Shown: positions 1 to 9,058 of the stretch, piece by piece
Layout: every line of letters begins with the position of its first letter
How positions within the stretch are numbered: the stretch's first letter is position 1
Position numbers and translations under genes: made by a program
Virus record (IMG/VR): IMGVR_UViG_3300005804_000112
Span: 1 to 33,623 of that record
Source of the DNA: a virus
Lineage: Duplodnaviria; Caudoviricetes
DNA length: 33,623 nucleotides
Reading direction: 5' to 3' (one strand)
Notes under the pieces: model-generated
What the model saw: only the letters and a program-made list of their open reading frames with translations
Told to the model about the DNA's origin: nothing
Database searches by the model: none

Positions 1-1848
1 ATGAGTCTGAAGATCTTCGGCATTGCAGTTACCCTGCTGCTGCTGATGATCATCGTAACTCTGGTCTCATCAATCAACCTGCATCGGATGGGTCAGGAGC
101 TGCACCTGCTGACCGACTTTTACATCAAGCTTGACCAGGCGATGGGAGACATCCGCACGCAGAGCCTGCGCGAGATCATCCTGATCGAACGAGTGATACA
201 CAGCCAGGGCAAGAGTTACGGAATTGTCGAAGACGGGACAATCGCCAACAAGGCTGAGGAGTTCTTCAGGGAGGCCGGGGACTGCGAACCCGATTCACTC
301 AGCCCCATACTGAGAAAGGTGAGGCAGGCATACCCCGAGCGGGTGGAACAGCAGCTCATGGTTTACCAGGTCACCCGGCGCTGCACACAGTCGAGACTGG
401 AGTATGCAGACACTCTGGTCAATCAGATGCTTTCCCAGCCGCAGATCAAGTCCGCTCCGGACAAGCTCATGCGGCTGACGACCATTAAGGCTGATCTGGC
501 CAATATTCTTCCGGCACGGGAAAAACTCCATACCAGTTTCGAGAAATATCTCAAACAGAAACAGACCGGCGATACGGTTACTGTTGCCTTCATTCAGGAA
601 AACCTTGACGAAAACCGACGGGATGTCAGCCGGCGCACCGGAGCCGTCTCGCGCTCGCTGCATGCGGGCACCCGCGAATCGGCTGATCTCGCCCGGAAAC
701 TGGAATCGCGAACCCTCTGGCTGGGCTGGATGATTACCCTGTTCGCATGCGCATTGGGCCTGGTTGTTGCCGGCATCATCACGCGAAACCTCGTCCGGCC
801 GGTGCTGCAGCTGCTGTCCCTGACAAAAGCAATTCAAAAAGGGAATCTCGACGTCAATATCCAGATCAAGACGGCCGACGAGATCGGCGAATTGGCGGAT
901 TCGTTCAGTCATATGGTGGAAGAACTCAGACAGAAGGAGCTGATCAAAAAAATATTCGGCAAGTATGTCGATCCCCGCATTGTACAGATCCTGATTCATG
1001 ATCGTCAGCAAATCGAACAGAGCGGGGAACGACAGGTCATGAGCGTCTTCTTTTCGGATATGGAAGGTTTCACCGCAATGTGTGAGGGACTGACCCCAAG
1101 TGCGATTGTCAGGCTCCTGAACCGCTATTTTACCCTGATGACCGAACCCATCAAGGCCCAGCAGGGCATTATCGACAAATATATCGGCGATTCCGTCATG
1201 GCCTTTTGGGGTCCTCCCTTCATCTCTTCGGGCGAACAGGCACGCCTTGCCTGTCTTGCCGCACTGGACCAACAGGCCATGCTGCCGAAATTTCATGCAA
1301 TGCTACCCGAAATCATCGGGACAAAAAATGTCCCGATGATCGGAGTTCGCATGGGCATAGTCACGGGAGAGGTAATCGTCGGCAGCATCGGCTCTGAAGA
1401 TGCGCGAAGCTATACGGTCATTGGCGATACGGTCAATCTGGCATCCAGAATGGAATCCGCCAATAAGCACTATCACACAAAAATCCTCCTGTGTGAAAAA
1501 ACACGGACACTTGCAGGAGATGCCATTGAAGCCCGCGAGATCGACGCCATCCGGGTCTTCGGCAAGACCGATCCCGTCCGGATATACGAACTGATTGCAC
1601 GCAAAGGCGATATATCCCGCAACACCTCCGAACTGCGGACGCTCTACGAACAGGGGCTGGCATTCTACAGGGAGCGCAAGTGGGAAGAAGCGCTCGATGC
1701 GTTCAGCAATTGCCTGAAGATCGACCCGAACGATGGTCCGTCACACTTGTTCATTGAGAGGATATCGGTGCTGAGAACACAAAAGCTGCCGGAAAATTGG
1801 GACGGCATCTGGACATTTACCGACAAAAACACCGCCCGTCATGAGTGA
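1..1848 (+). CDS. Host membrane-bound class III adenylate/guanylate cyclase (TM - periplasmic region - TM - HAMP - cyclase - TPR-like C-terminus)
   Basis: Two TM segments; HAMP (RPVLQLL..TADEIGELADSFSHM); cyclase motifs VFFSDMEGFT, DKYIGDSVMAFWG, YTVIGDTVNLASRME; TPR-like end (GLAFYRERKWEEALDAFSNCLKIDPNDGPS). Confidence 0.93.
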   Translation: MSLKIFGIAVTLLLLMIIVTLVSSINLHRMGQELHLLTDFYIKLDQAMGDIRTQSLREIILIERVIHSQGKSYGIVEDGTIANKAEEFFREAGDCEPDSLSPILRKVRQAYPERVEQQLMVYQVTRRCTQSRLEYADTLVNQMLSQPQIKSAPDKLMRLTTIKADLANILPAREKLHTSFEKYLKQKQTGDTVTVAFIQENLDENRRDVSRRTGAVSRSLHAGTRESADLARKLESRTLWLGWMITLFACALGLVVAGIITRNLVRPVLQLLSLTKAIQKGNLDVNIQIKTADEIGELADSFSHMVEELRQKELIKKIFGKYVDPRIVQILIHDRQQIEQSGERQVMSVFFSDMEGFTAMCEGLTPSAIVRLLNRYFTLMTEPIKAQQGIIDKYIGDSVMAFWGPPFISSGEQARLACLAALDQQAMLPKFHAMLPEIIGTKNVPMIGVRMGIVTGEVIVGSIGSEDARSYTVIGDTVNLASRMESANKHYHTKILLCEKTRTLAGDAIEAREIDAIRVFGKTDPVRIYELIARKGDISRNTSELRTLYEQGLAFYRERKWEEALDAFSNCLKIDPNDGPSHLFIERISVLRTQKLPENWDGIWTFTDKNTARHE

Positions 1849-2028
1849 GTTGTCGCTGCCGTTGCACGCAGGAAAGCTGCGAATCACAACCCGCCCCCCG
1901 TTGCCGCCGATCGTGTGTCAATTAGGATGTTGCAGAGAAGAATTGAAAAGAAAAGCGGTACAATGCACGAATTGCAGATATCCGAAGGATGATCGTTCCA
2001 TTACCAGCTCTTTGGATGTAAAGGCATC

Positions 2029-2059
<31 letters not shown>

Positions 2060-2119
2060 GCATGACTGAATAAAAAAAGCAATAATCCTCAACCGTAACC
2101 ATACTGAAACGAGTACCCC

Positions 2120-2494
2120 TTAATTCCCCGTCAGCTTCACCCCGAAGTTCCCGCGCTCGCGCCAGCCGACATAAAACTTCACCGCGCCGACATATGAGAT
2201 GAACGGTCGCCCCCAGCCGTCAATGACCGGATGATCTGATTTCTCGCTCAGCGGATACACCCGGTGCCGCTTCCATCCCGCCGGCGCGAAGACATCGCCG
2301 GGATATTCGCCGATGACCAATATTTTCCGATCAGCAATCCCGATGACATAGAATGTGAAATTGTGCAGAGGGTTCCGAATGTACCACTTCAGACGCCGCA
2401 ACCATTGAGGCTGTCCCGGCCAGAGATCGACCGGGACTTGCGGGTCATCATCATTCTTGAACCACCATATCGGGTGCAGTTTTTTCAGGTTCAT
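2120..2494 (-). CDS. Hypothetical Trp-rich phage protein, last gene of the tail operon
   Basis: 124 aa; ATGA overlap with the upstream gene; motif WLRRLKWYIRNPLHNF. Confidence 0.7.
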   Translation of the reverse strand: MNLKKLHPIWWFKNDDDPQVPVDLWPGQPQWLRRLKWYIRNPLHNFTFYVIGIADRKILVIGEYPGDVFAPAGWKRHRVYPLSEKSDHPVIDGWGRPFISYVGAVKFYVGWRERGNFGVKLTGN

Positions 2495-3042
2495 GACGGC
2501 ATGACCGGCCAGACAGGATTGAGCGGGTCAATCGTAGTCGGCAAGTCCTTGAGCGCCTGTTTGTATGTTCTCCATTCGGCTTTCTTCGCTGCCGTCATGT
2601 CGCTCCACTTGTCAGCATTGCAATGCTTTGCATCGCATTCATTCAGCAGTGCATCGCGCTTCGGCCTGATCTCGCCGTCAAGCCATGCCGGGACATCAAG
2701 CGCCCATGCACCATCGCCCCATTTGTGAAATTGAGACGGCTTCGGAATAGCTGTCTGCTCTGATGGGATATCGCCCAGAGATTCAACAATAAGAGCTTCG
2801 CCGGTCGCCTTGACCCAAACGGTTGTTCCGCGAGCATCTGTGACGATCTCCCATGCCCCGCTATCGATGTTTTCCGGGTCAACCTGCACAAACATCGCCT
2901 TTTTGCCTTTAACCGCAGCCGGAGGCTTCTCGCTTGTGGCAAACGCGGGGATAAGAAACTGCCCCGGTTCAAGGGGACTGGGATCAGCAACCCCTTCATG
3001 CAAGAACTCTTTTGTGTCCGGGTGATAGTGGTATATCGTCAT
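2491..3042 (-). CDS. Tail fibre assembly protein (Tfa / XkdW-like C-terminus)
   Basis: Start moved to MTIYHYHPD; FLIPAFATSEKPP and C-terminal RPKRDALLNECD..WRTYKQALKDLP..WP motifs; directly after the fibre gene. Confidence 0.85.
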   Translation of the reverse strand: MTIYHYHPDTKEFLHEGVADPSPLEPGQFLIPAFATSEKPPAAVKGKKAMFVQVDPENIDSGAWEIVTDARGTTVWVKATGEALIVESLGDIPSEQTAIPKPSQFHKWGDGAWALDVPAWLDGEIRPKRDALLNECDAKHCNADKWSDMTAAKKAEWRTYKQALKDLPTTIDPLNPVWPVMPS

Positions 3043-3052
3043 GTTTCCCCCC

Positions 3053-3910
3053 TTAAAATTTAATGAAGCCGTAAAAAGTGGTATTTCGGCCTCTGGTTTC
3101 CGTGCCGCCATATGAACCAGAGTTGAGCGGGATCGCTCCAGCGTTTACAGCTCCTGCTCCACCGGTACCGAATCCGTTTGTAGCGCCCATGCTGTGATAA
3201 TGCGACTTAACTTCGTCCGCCTGTTGCGCCCCGAATACGCGGCCAGAGTCAACACCTCTTGAATCGTCAAAGAAGCGCGGGAACTCACCGCGAACTTCCG
3301 GCACTCGGAACGTCGTTGTGCCATTGCCGGAAGAGAACGCACCTGTATTTGTTGCCCAGTTCGCATCAGTCACAACAACAGAACTCGCCTGAGCCCATGC
3401 CCAAAGATTTGCATATGTGGTTCTCGGCAGCAGCGTGCCGTTAAGCTTGATTTCGTCAGAACGAGGGGTTGGAGAGAGCGACATCCTGAAATCTCCTGTT
3501 GACGACGTTACAATATTGGGCACTGTCAACATCTGGTAATAGGTGCCGTCATATGCCACGCAAATAATTGCCCCGGCCTGAATATCTCCGGCCTGTAAAG
3601 CTGCTCCGTTGAGCCTCTTGATTGATACAGCTCCAAGACCGCAGACGTTCACCGTACTTGCACCGGTATTTGTGTTCAATGCCTTGAAATAGATAGGCAT
3701 TCCGGTTATATGAGCAGTGAGAGCCGGGGCCAAAGTCACAGCATATGCATTTGCCGCTCCTGCGTCTGCTGCATAGTCAATAGCCCCGGCACCATCGACA
3801 TCCAGACCCGTATGTCGATGGGTATTTACCCCGTTCAAAAATTCAGCGGTTACGATGGTTCCCGGAACTCCAAGCGCAGGGTTCCCGTTTTCAAACACTG
3901 TTTTTGCCAT
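3053..3910 (-). CDS. Short tail fibre protein with tail-collar domain
   Basis: N-terminal GTIVTAEFLN baseplate anchor; collar motifs LNGTLLPRTTYANLW, TTFRVPEVRGEFPR, DSGRVFGAQQADEVKSHYH, ETRGRN..FIKF. Confidence 0.85.
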   Translation of the reverse strand: MAKTVFENGNPALGVPGTIVTAEFLNGVNTHRHTGLDVDGAGAIDYAADAGAANAYAVTLAPALTAHITGMPIYFKALNTNTGASTVNVCGLGAVSIKRLNGAALQAGDIQAGAIICVAYDGTYYQMLTVPNIVTSSTGDFRMSLSPTPRSDEIKLNGTLLPRTTYANLWAWAQASSVVVTDANWATNTGAFSSGNGTTTFRVPEVRGEFPRFFDDSRGVDSGRVFGAQQADEVKSHYHSMGATNGFGTGGAGAVNAGAIPLNSGSYGGTETRGRNTTFYGFIKF

Positions 3911-3922
3911 GCGATATTCCTC

Positions 3923-4510
3923 CTATGAGTAATTGAAAATTACGAACGTATGAGCCGGAGCCAGCTTCTTGATGGTGTTTTCAAGACACGCATCAGGTGC
4001 CCACCATAGCAGCCGATCTCCTGCGGTAGATTCCCCGGCATAGAAATAGAAGAGCCGTTTGTCAGGGACGTTCACGCGCCACATGTACATAGCCTCTTCT
4101 TCATAAACAGCATCACCGGCTCTGCTGATGCCAGCAATGAACGGCCAGAACTCATCTATCGTTACGTCATAGCCAAGAGCTGCAGCAACGCCGATGAAGT
4201 ACGCCCGAGACTGTCCGCCTATGCCAGTCAGCTTATTCACAACCGCTTCCCGGCGCTCTGCCAGCGTTTGACTCGCATTCGGGCAATCGGGCAACCCGCA
4301 AACCCGCTCCCAGTCGGTCAGCAGTTCATATGTAGTGCGCGGGTCAGATTCTTCAATAAGCGCATCAATACGGGCATGCACACGCGCAAATTCTTCGGCC
4401 ATGCTGTCAATGATGGCCCAGAGTATTCCGCCTTCCTCATGCGTCCATGCCGGACCCTTCGGCAGTAGCTCCGAAATCATCGCGAAATAATCAGCTCTGC
4501 TCAGGCCCAT
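3923..4510 (-). CDS. Baseplate protein, Mu gp48 / YmfQ (DUF2313) family
   Basis: LLPKGPAW, ESDPRTTYELLTDWERVCGLPD, LAPAHT; position after baseplate J. Confidence 0.9.
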   Translation of the reverse strand: MGLSRADYFAMISELLPKGPAWTHEEGGILWAIIDSMAEEFARVHARIDALIEESDPRTTYELLTDWERVCGLPDCPNASQTLAERREAVVNKLTGIGGQSRAYFIGVAAALGYDVTIDEFWPFIAGISRAGDAVYEEEAMYMWRVNVPDKRLFYFYAGESTAGDRLLWWAPDACLENTIKKLAPAHTFVIFNYS

Positions 4511-5538
4511 GTTATCGCCCCGAATGTTGCAATTTCGTTCACACCATGGGGAACGTCAGCAGTCGGTGAAACAAGTTCATGATCGTATTCGCCCGTTGCA
4601 ATGCTGATCGCCTCCCGGATGTGAGAGATGAGAATTACCCCGCCCGGTTCCGCTTCCCGGAGAATCAACGCCCGCAGTTCAGCTTCAACCATGGCCTTGA
4701 CCGCCACGGTTGCCGGATTGACCTCAATCGTGAAGTCCAACGGCACCGCAGTCGGTGCCACTACATAACAGCGAGCGGTTACCGGTCTGACACCATCGAT
4801 ATAATCCTGCACCGCCTGAACTTCGGCAGCATCGGGAATCAGAGAAGCGTCATTGTCCCTGACGAACCTCACTGTGACAGAGCCGTCTCCGGCCTGTAAT
4901 GGAGCAACCCACGCGCGGGTAACTCCTGCAACCTGCAGAGCCCATGCCTTATAGTCATGAGCGGCCCCGCCGTGCGGAGGCGCCTGAATGCGAGCAATAA
5001 GGCGCTGCCTCAAGCTGGCATCGCTTTCAATGTCAGCCCCGCCGACCAGTCCGCCGGTTGCTACCAGACACGCTGACGATACCCCGGCAATGGGAGAGAC
5101 GAACGAGAGCGCGGATCCAGCAAGCGCATTCCCAGACACCCCGCCCGTGACTGCCTCAATCGGTGCGACCGCCGGAAGAGTAGCGTCCGTGGTTGTCAGG
5201 TATTCAATCTCTGTTGAGCTTTTCAACCGTGACCCCGCCGGAATAACAGCCCCTGCCAATCCTTCGGCCTGAATATTTCCGACCGCTTTTGACGCCGGTA
5301 CTCTCGTAATGCCCCAGATCGCGGACCATCGATCGACATATTCAACCGATGCGGTGTCATAAATCACCTGCGCCGCTATCCATTCGATAAAGCCGTGCAT
5401 TTCATGGGACGCTCCGGCAAGCACCCTGCTCAGAACTTCCGGGTCTGATCTCCTCAACAGTTCATCTGCAGAGAGCCGTGAAACAGTATCAGCGCGGGTG
5501 CGTGTTATAAGCTCTGCAAGTGTCGGTCTACTGAACAT
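4501..5538 (-). CDS. Baseplate J / Mu gp47-like wedge protein
   Basis: Start moved to MFSRPTLAEL; GGADIESDASLRQRL, PPHGGAAHDYKAWAL..GVTRAWV, RPVTA. Confidence 0.92.
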   Translation of the reverse strand: MFSRPTLAELITRTRADTVSRLSADELLRRSDPEVLSRVLAGASHEMHGFIEWIAAQVIYDTASVEYVDRWSAIWGITRVPASKAVGNIQAEGLAGAVIPAGSRLKSSTEIEYLTTTDATLPAVAPIEAVTGGVSGNALAGSALSFVSPIAGVSSACLVATGGLVGGADIESDASLRQRLIARIQAPPHGGAAHDYKAWALQVAGVTRAWVAPLQAGDGSVTVRFVRDNDASLIPDAAEVQAVQDYIDGVRPVTARCYVVAPTAVPLDFTIEVNPATVAVKAMVEAELRALILREAEPGGVILISHIREAISIATGEYDHELVSPTADVPHGVNEIATFGAITWA

Positions 5539-5959
5539 TCGCCGCCCTCCATATATCCGAGAATCGTAATTCCAATAACGTGCCGTCAGCACGATAAACC
5601 TGAACGGTCAGTGCCAGAGCTTCAATCCCCAGACGTTCACTGAAGACTTCAACGCGGCTCGCAACTCCGTCTTTTATCAGCCATTGCAGAGATTCAAGGG
5701 CATATTCCCGCGCCCGTGCAATGGTCGTCTGCGTAAGCTTCGCCCGTGCCAGGAGCCAGAGCCGGGAGCCGATCTTGTCGTTATCGTCCGTTGTGGCGTC
5801 TCCGAACCAGCCCATGCGCTGCCCTTCCGTCACATCATCCTTGTTCGCCCGTTTCCATGTGAAGAGAGATATCATGACTGCTCTTGCAAGCGCATCTTTT
5901 GCGGCCATGCTCGATGTGACAACGCCGTCAATTACTATCGGGACATCAACATGAAGCAT
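5528..5959 (-). CDS. Mu gp46-like baseplate protein
   Basis: LARAVMISLFT, GWFGD, IGSRLWLLARAK, AREYALESLQWLIKDGVA. Confidence 0.92.
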   Translation of the reverse strand: MLHVDVPIVIDGVVTSSMAAKDALARAVMISLFTWKRANKDDVTEGQRMGWFGDATTDDNDKIGSRLWLLARAKLTQTTIARAREYALESLQWLIKDGVASRVEVFSERLGIEALALTVQVYRADGTLLELRFSDIWRAANVQ

Positions 5960-6762
5960 CAGTGACCTCCCATCAATTCGTTTGGATGTTCTGTCGGTCC
6001 GGGAATGCCGTTCTCCGGATGATGGTGATCGTCATAGATGATTCTCATCTCCCTGACATTCGTGTTATTCGTGTCGCAGGTGTCCTCAATGTCGCCAGTG
6101 ACCTCAAACAGCGGAGTATCAATGCGGACACCGCCGCTGGTGACTCCGAACGTTCCAACGTCAAAAGACGCTGTGCCGGACCCGGTACCACCTCCGGTCA
6201 CCGCGAAGTCTGGCGCTCCAATGTGAGCATGCACCGAGTTATTCGATTCAAGCTTCGGGACATCGAATTTCACATAATCATTCCCCTCAACATGGAACTT
6301 CGGCATATCAAATTTGATATAGTCATTCCCCGCCACTTCGAATTTCGGAGTTTCGAACCTGATCTTCGGCGTGTCAGTGAAAAGCATCGGCAACCCCCCG
6401 CCCTTCACTACTATTCCGGTCCGGGTCAGGTGAATTGATTGCCCGAGATCATCGTGGACTGCAACTTCTCCATATTCTAGCGCCGTCATTCGATACCTGC
6501 GGTCAGCCGCGATGATGACAACCCCGTGCGACCGATCTCCGTCGAGAAAGTTCGTCACAACTTCCGCGCCCGGATGTGGCCGGGATGTCCATCCGTACGG
6601 TTCGAAATGCTCGAGGTCTGCAACCTCTCCTGCCAGCAAGCGGCACTGTATCTGCTGCATTTTCTTCGCTGAATCCGCGAGTGCGACAATGCCCCGCGCC
6701 ATCATGTTTGCCAGTCTCCGCATGATCGGAGCTGACATCTTATAGAACGATCTCGCTTCCAT
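5959..6762 (-). CDS. Baseplate central spike (Mu gp45 / gpV family) with lengthened repeat region
   Basis: Start moved to MEARSFY; EHFEPYGWTSRP, GDRSHGVVI, GEVAVHDDLGQ; C-terminal DDHHHPE His cluster as in spike apices. Confidence 0.9.
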   Translation of the reverse strand: MEARSFYKMSAPIMRRLANMMARGIVALADSAKKMQQIQCRLLAGEVADLEHFEPYGWTSRPHPGAEVVTNFLDGDRSHGVVIIAADRRYRMTALEYGEVAVHDDLGQSIHLTRTGIVVKGGGLPMLFTDTPKIRFETPKFEVAGNDYIKFDMPKFHVEGNDYVKFDVPKLESNNSVHAHIGAPDFAVTGGGTGSGTASFDVGTFGVTSGGVRIDTPLFEVTGDIEDTCDTNNTNVREMRIIYDDHHHPENGIPGPTEHPNELMGGH

Positions 6763-7847
6763 CACGCCTTTCCGGGCTTTACATCCGCCCATTGGTCACG
6801 ATTTGGACCCTGCTGCACCTTTGCTTTTGCAGGGTTGCTGATATAGCCGTCTTTCGGTCCGACCTTCAGGACACATTTCATTCCGCCGTCACTGAGCTTA
6901 TAGGTGATTTCAGCAATCACATATTCAGCGTCAAGCTCTATCATAGGGTCCACAATTCTGACCTTTTGGTTATGCCGCCAGAGCTTGCCGTTCGCCTGTC
7001 TCCAGCCTTGAACGGTGTACGTTGTCTGCAGTGCTTTCCCGCGGCGATGTGACCGCTCATATTCGACGCGATCCTTTGCTGATGCATCATCGTTCTGGCC
7101 GGATGGTTTTATCAGCAGAACGCGCTTCCGCTTTACCAGCGAGTCAAGAGCGGTCGCGGTTACCTCTGAGACGGTCGCACCATAATCCCAATCATTCCCA
7201 GCGCGCTGGCCCTTCGCCGTGTAATCTGAATATACGTCCTTAAAATCAAGCGGAGCATCGCATTCAAGGATGTTTTTGCCGAGTTCCAATGCAGTTTCAG
7301 CGCTGTCAGCCGCCACCTGGATGAATATCAGCCGACCGTGTTCGTCATCTGTGGCGAGTATCTGCCGAAGCTTCAACATGCGATCGATACTTTCAAACAC
7401 CGTCTCACCCTGTTCAATGGCATGAGTCAACGCGGCACCTGTGCTGACTTCGCTGATAACGTCGATACCATAGACATTCGCCATTTCAGCGGCTATCTTC
7501 TCAACAGACAACCCGGACCATCTCCCCGGCTGATTGATTGCCGAACAGTCGATCAGGTCAGCCGTTTTGCTTCTGCCCTTCACTCCGACACTGACCGCCC
7601 TGGCATCGTAACGGACCGGAGTAGCATCAACGTATCCGGTCAGTACCTTATCGTCACCGATGAAGACTTCGCATACATCTCCCGGCTTTATCCGTCGAGG
7701 GATCTCCGTCTGTCCCGGCCATCGGTCGGTAACCGAGAGTGTGAAATCGCGTGCCTGACGCTCAATGCCGGCGGATATTTCGACCTCTTTCCATCCTGCA
7801 TATTCCGAGCCGCCTACCAGCAATCTGACACGGTTCTGTTCGTTCAT
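6762..7847 (-). CDS. Baseplate hub, Mu gp44 (gpP) family
   Basis: YAGWKEVEISAGIE, VLTGYVD, GRSKTADLIDCS, GETVFE, YTVQGWRQANGKLW. Confidence 0.92.
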   Translation of the reverse strand: MNEQNRVRLLVGGSEYAGWKEVEISAGIERQARDFTLSVTDRWPGQTEIPRRIKPGDVCEVFIGDDKVLTGYVDATPVRYDARAVSVGVKGRSKTADLIDCSAINQPGRWSGLSVEKIAAEMANVYGIDVISEVSTGAALTHAIEQGETVFESIDRMLKLRQILATDDEHGRLIFIQVAADSAETALELGKNILECDAPLDFKDVYSDYTAKGQRAGNDWDYGATVSEVTATALDSLVKRKRVLLIKPSGQNDDASAKDRVEYERSHRRGKALQTTYTVQGWRQANGKLWRHNQKVRIVDPMIELDAEYVIAEITYKLSDGGMKCVLKVGPKDGYISNPAKAKVQQGPNRDQWADVKPGKA

Positions 7848-9058
7848 TTCGATAACACCTTCAACGGTTCCGCGGGGATAAATCCCGGGTGTCTGATTCC
7901 GTTCCGTTCGATGATTTCCTGAGCGCGGCTGACATCCTCATAGAGGTCATACGACATTGCGAGCGAGGGCTGCACCTGAATAGGCTTCACGGTCTGCAAG
8001 CGAGCGCTCTGCCGCGTCCGATCGGTGATGTCTGCGTACACCGCAGTTCTGAGCGTTTGCAGCGATGCATACACCGTATCGTTTGCGTTCATTGATTCTT
8101 GATCGAGAATCGCCGTCAGCTTGTTCCTGAGCTGTATGGCATCTTCATAGACCGGCAATTTCACCGCCGCTGACATCCCGGCAGCTTGCACGATCATTGA
8201 CCGCCTGAACAGGTTTGATATTGCAACGCGGTTCGCCACGATCTTATCGGCTGATGTCATATATTCCGGCGATATTATCGGCTTCGTCTTCTGTTCAGGA
8301 AGAATGCCCAGCAGCTGCAAGATATTGCCTACATTCAGAGCCCCTGCTATCAGTGACGGCAATCCGCTCGTTGTCGAATAGATGCCCTTCACTCCGTTCC
8401 ACATGCCCATGACTTTCCCTGCTGCCGCCAGCGGATCGATGGGCAGCGCTGTTGCGATCTGATCTGTGAGCGCAGAGATTGGATTGCTCAGCAGCGCTGT
8501 TGCCGTGCCCAGTCCGCTCTGGATGTCGGAAAGTATGCCGCTTGCCGTATCAAGAGCATCGTCGATTATGAAATCCGGCTCGCACTCGATCTCGATTCCC
8601 TCAACAAAGTCTTCTTCAGAAACCTCCGCAAGCTCATCTGCTGACTCAAGGCTTTTCGCGCCCGTGTTCGTCTTTCCCGATGGAAATTCCAGCTTCCCGG
8701 ATTCGACAAACTGCAGCGACACTTCGCACATTCCGCCATTCTCGCGTGAATGTTTGACCCTGACAGCATCCCGAACAGAGACTTCCAGCTCTCCATACCA
8801 CGGATGAACGAGAGTCCCGGGACCCTCTTTTTCAACCGCTTCAAGTAGCTTGTCGCGCTGCTCCATGTAGTCCGGGCCGATAAGGAACGCCGTGACGTTA
8901 AATTCCCGCGCTGATCTGCCTAGATCTTCAACATAGGGGATATCTCGCTGCGGGTATTCATGCACCTGAATCCGCCGCCCGAATGCGGCGTCATCGCCCT
9001 CAACTTGAAAGTCAACGCCCCGGAACGATGCTTTTCTGAGTCGATCTTTCCATGCCAT
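7844..9058 (-). CDS. Mu gp43 (N) DNA circularisation / tail protein
   Basis: WKDRLRKASFRGV, GRRIQVHEYPQRD..EDLGR, GPGTLVHPWYG, RNGIRHPGFIP. Confidence 0.93.
   Translation of the reverse strand: MAWKDRLRKASFRGVDFQVEGDDAAFGRRIQVHEYPQRDIPYVEDLGRSAREFNVTAFLIGPDYMEQRDKLLEAVEKEGPGTLVHPWYGELEVSVRDAVRVKHSRENGGMCEVSLQFVESGKLEFPSGKTNTGAKSLESADELAEVSEEDFVEGIEIECEPDFIIDDALDTASGILSDIQSGLGTATALLSNPISALTDQIATALPIDPLAAAGKVMGMWNGVKGIYSTTSGLPSLIAGALNVGNILQLLGILPEQKTKPIISPEYMTSADKIVANRVAISNLFRRSMIVQAAGMSAAVKLPVYEDAIQLRNKLTAILDQESMNANDTVYASLQTLRTAVYADITDRTRQSARLQTVKPIQVQPSLAMSYDLYEDVSRAQEIIERNGIRHPGFIPAEPLKVLSK

Noticed and set aside
295-1296. 333-aa minus-strand ORF
   Set aside because: Antisense shadow of the well-supported cyclase gene; no motifs.
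2120-3910. Diversity-generating retroelement or invertible fibre cassette
   Set aside because: No reverse transcriptase, invertase, template/variable repeat pair or inverted fibre copy seen in the window.
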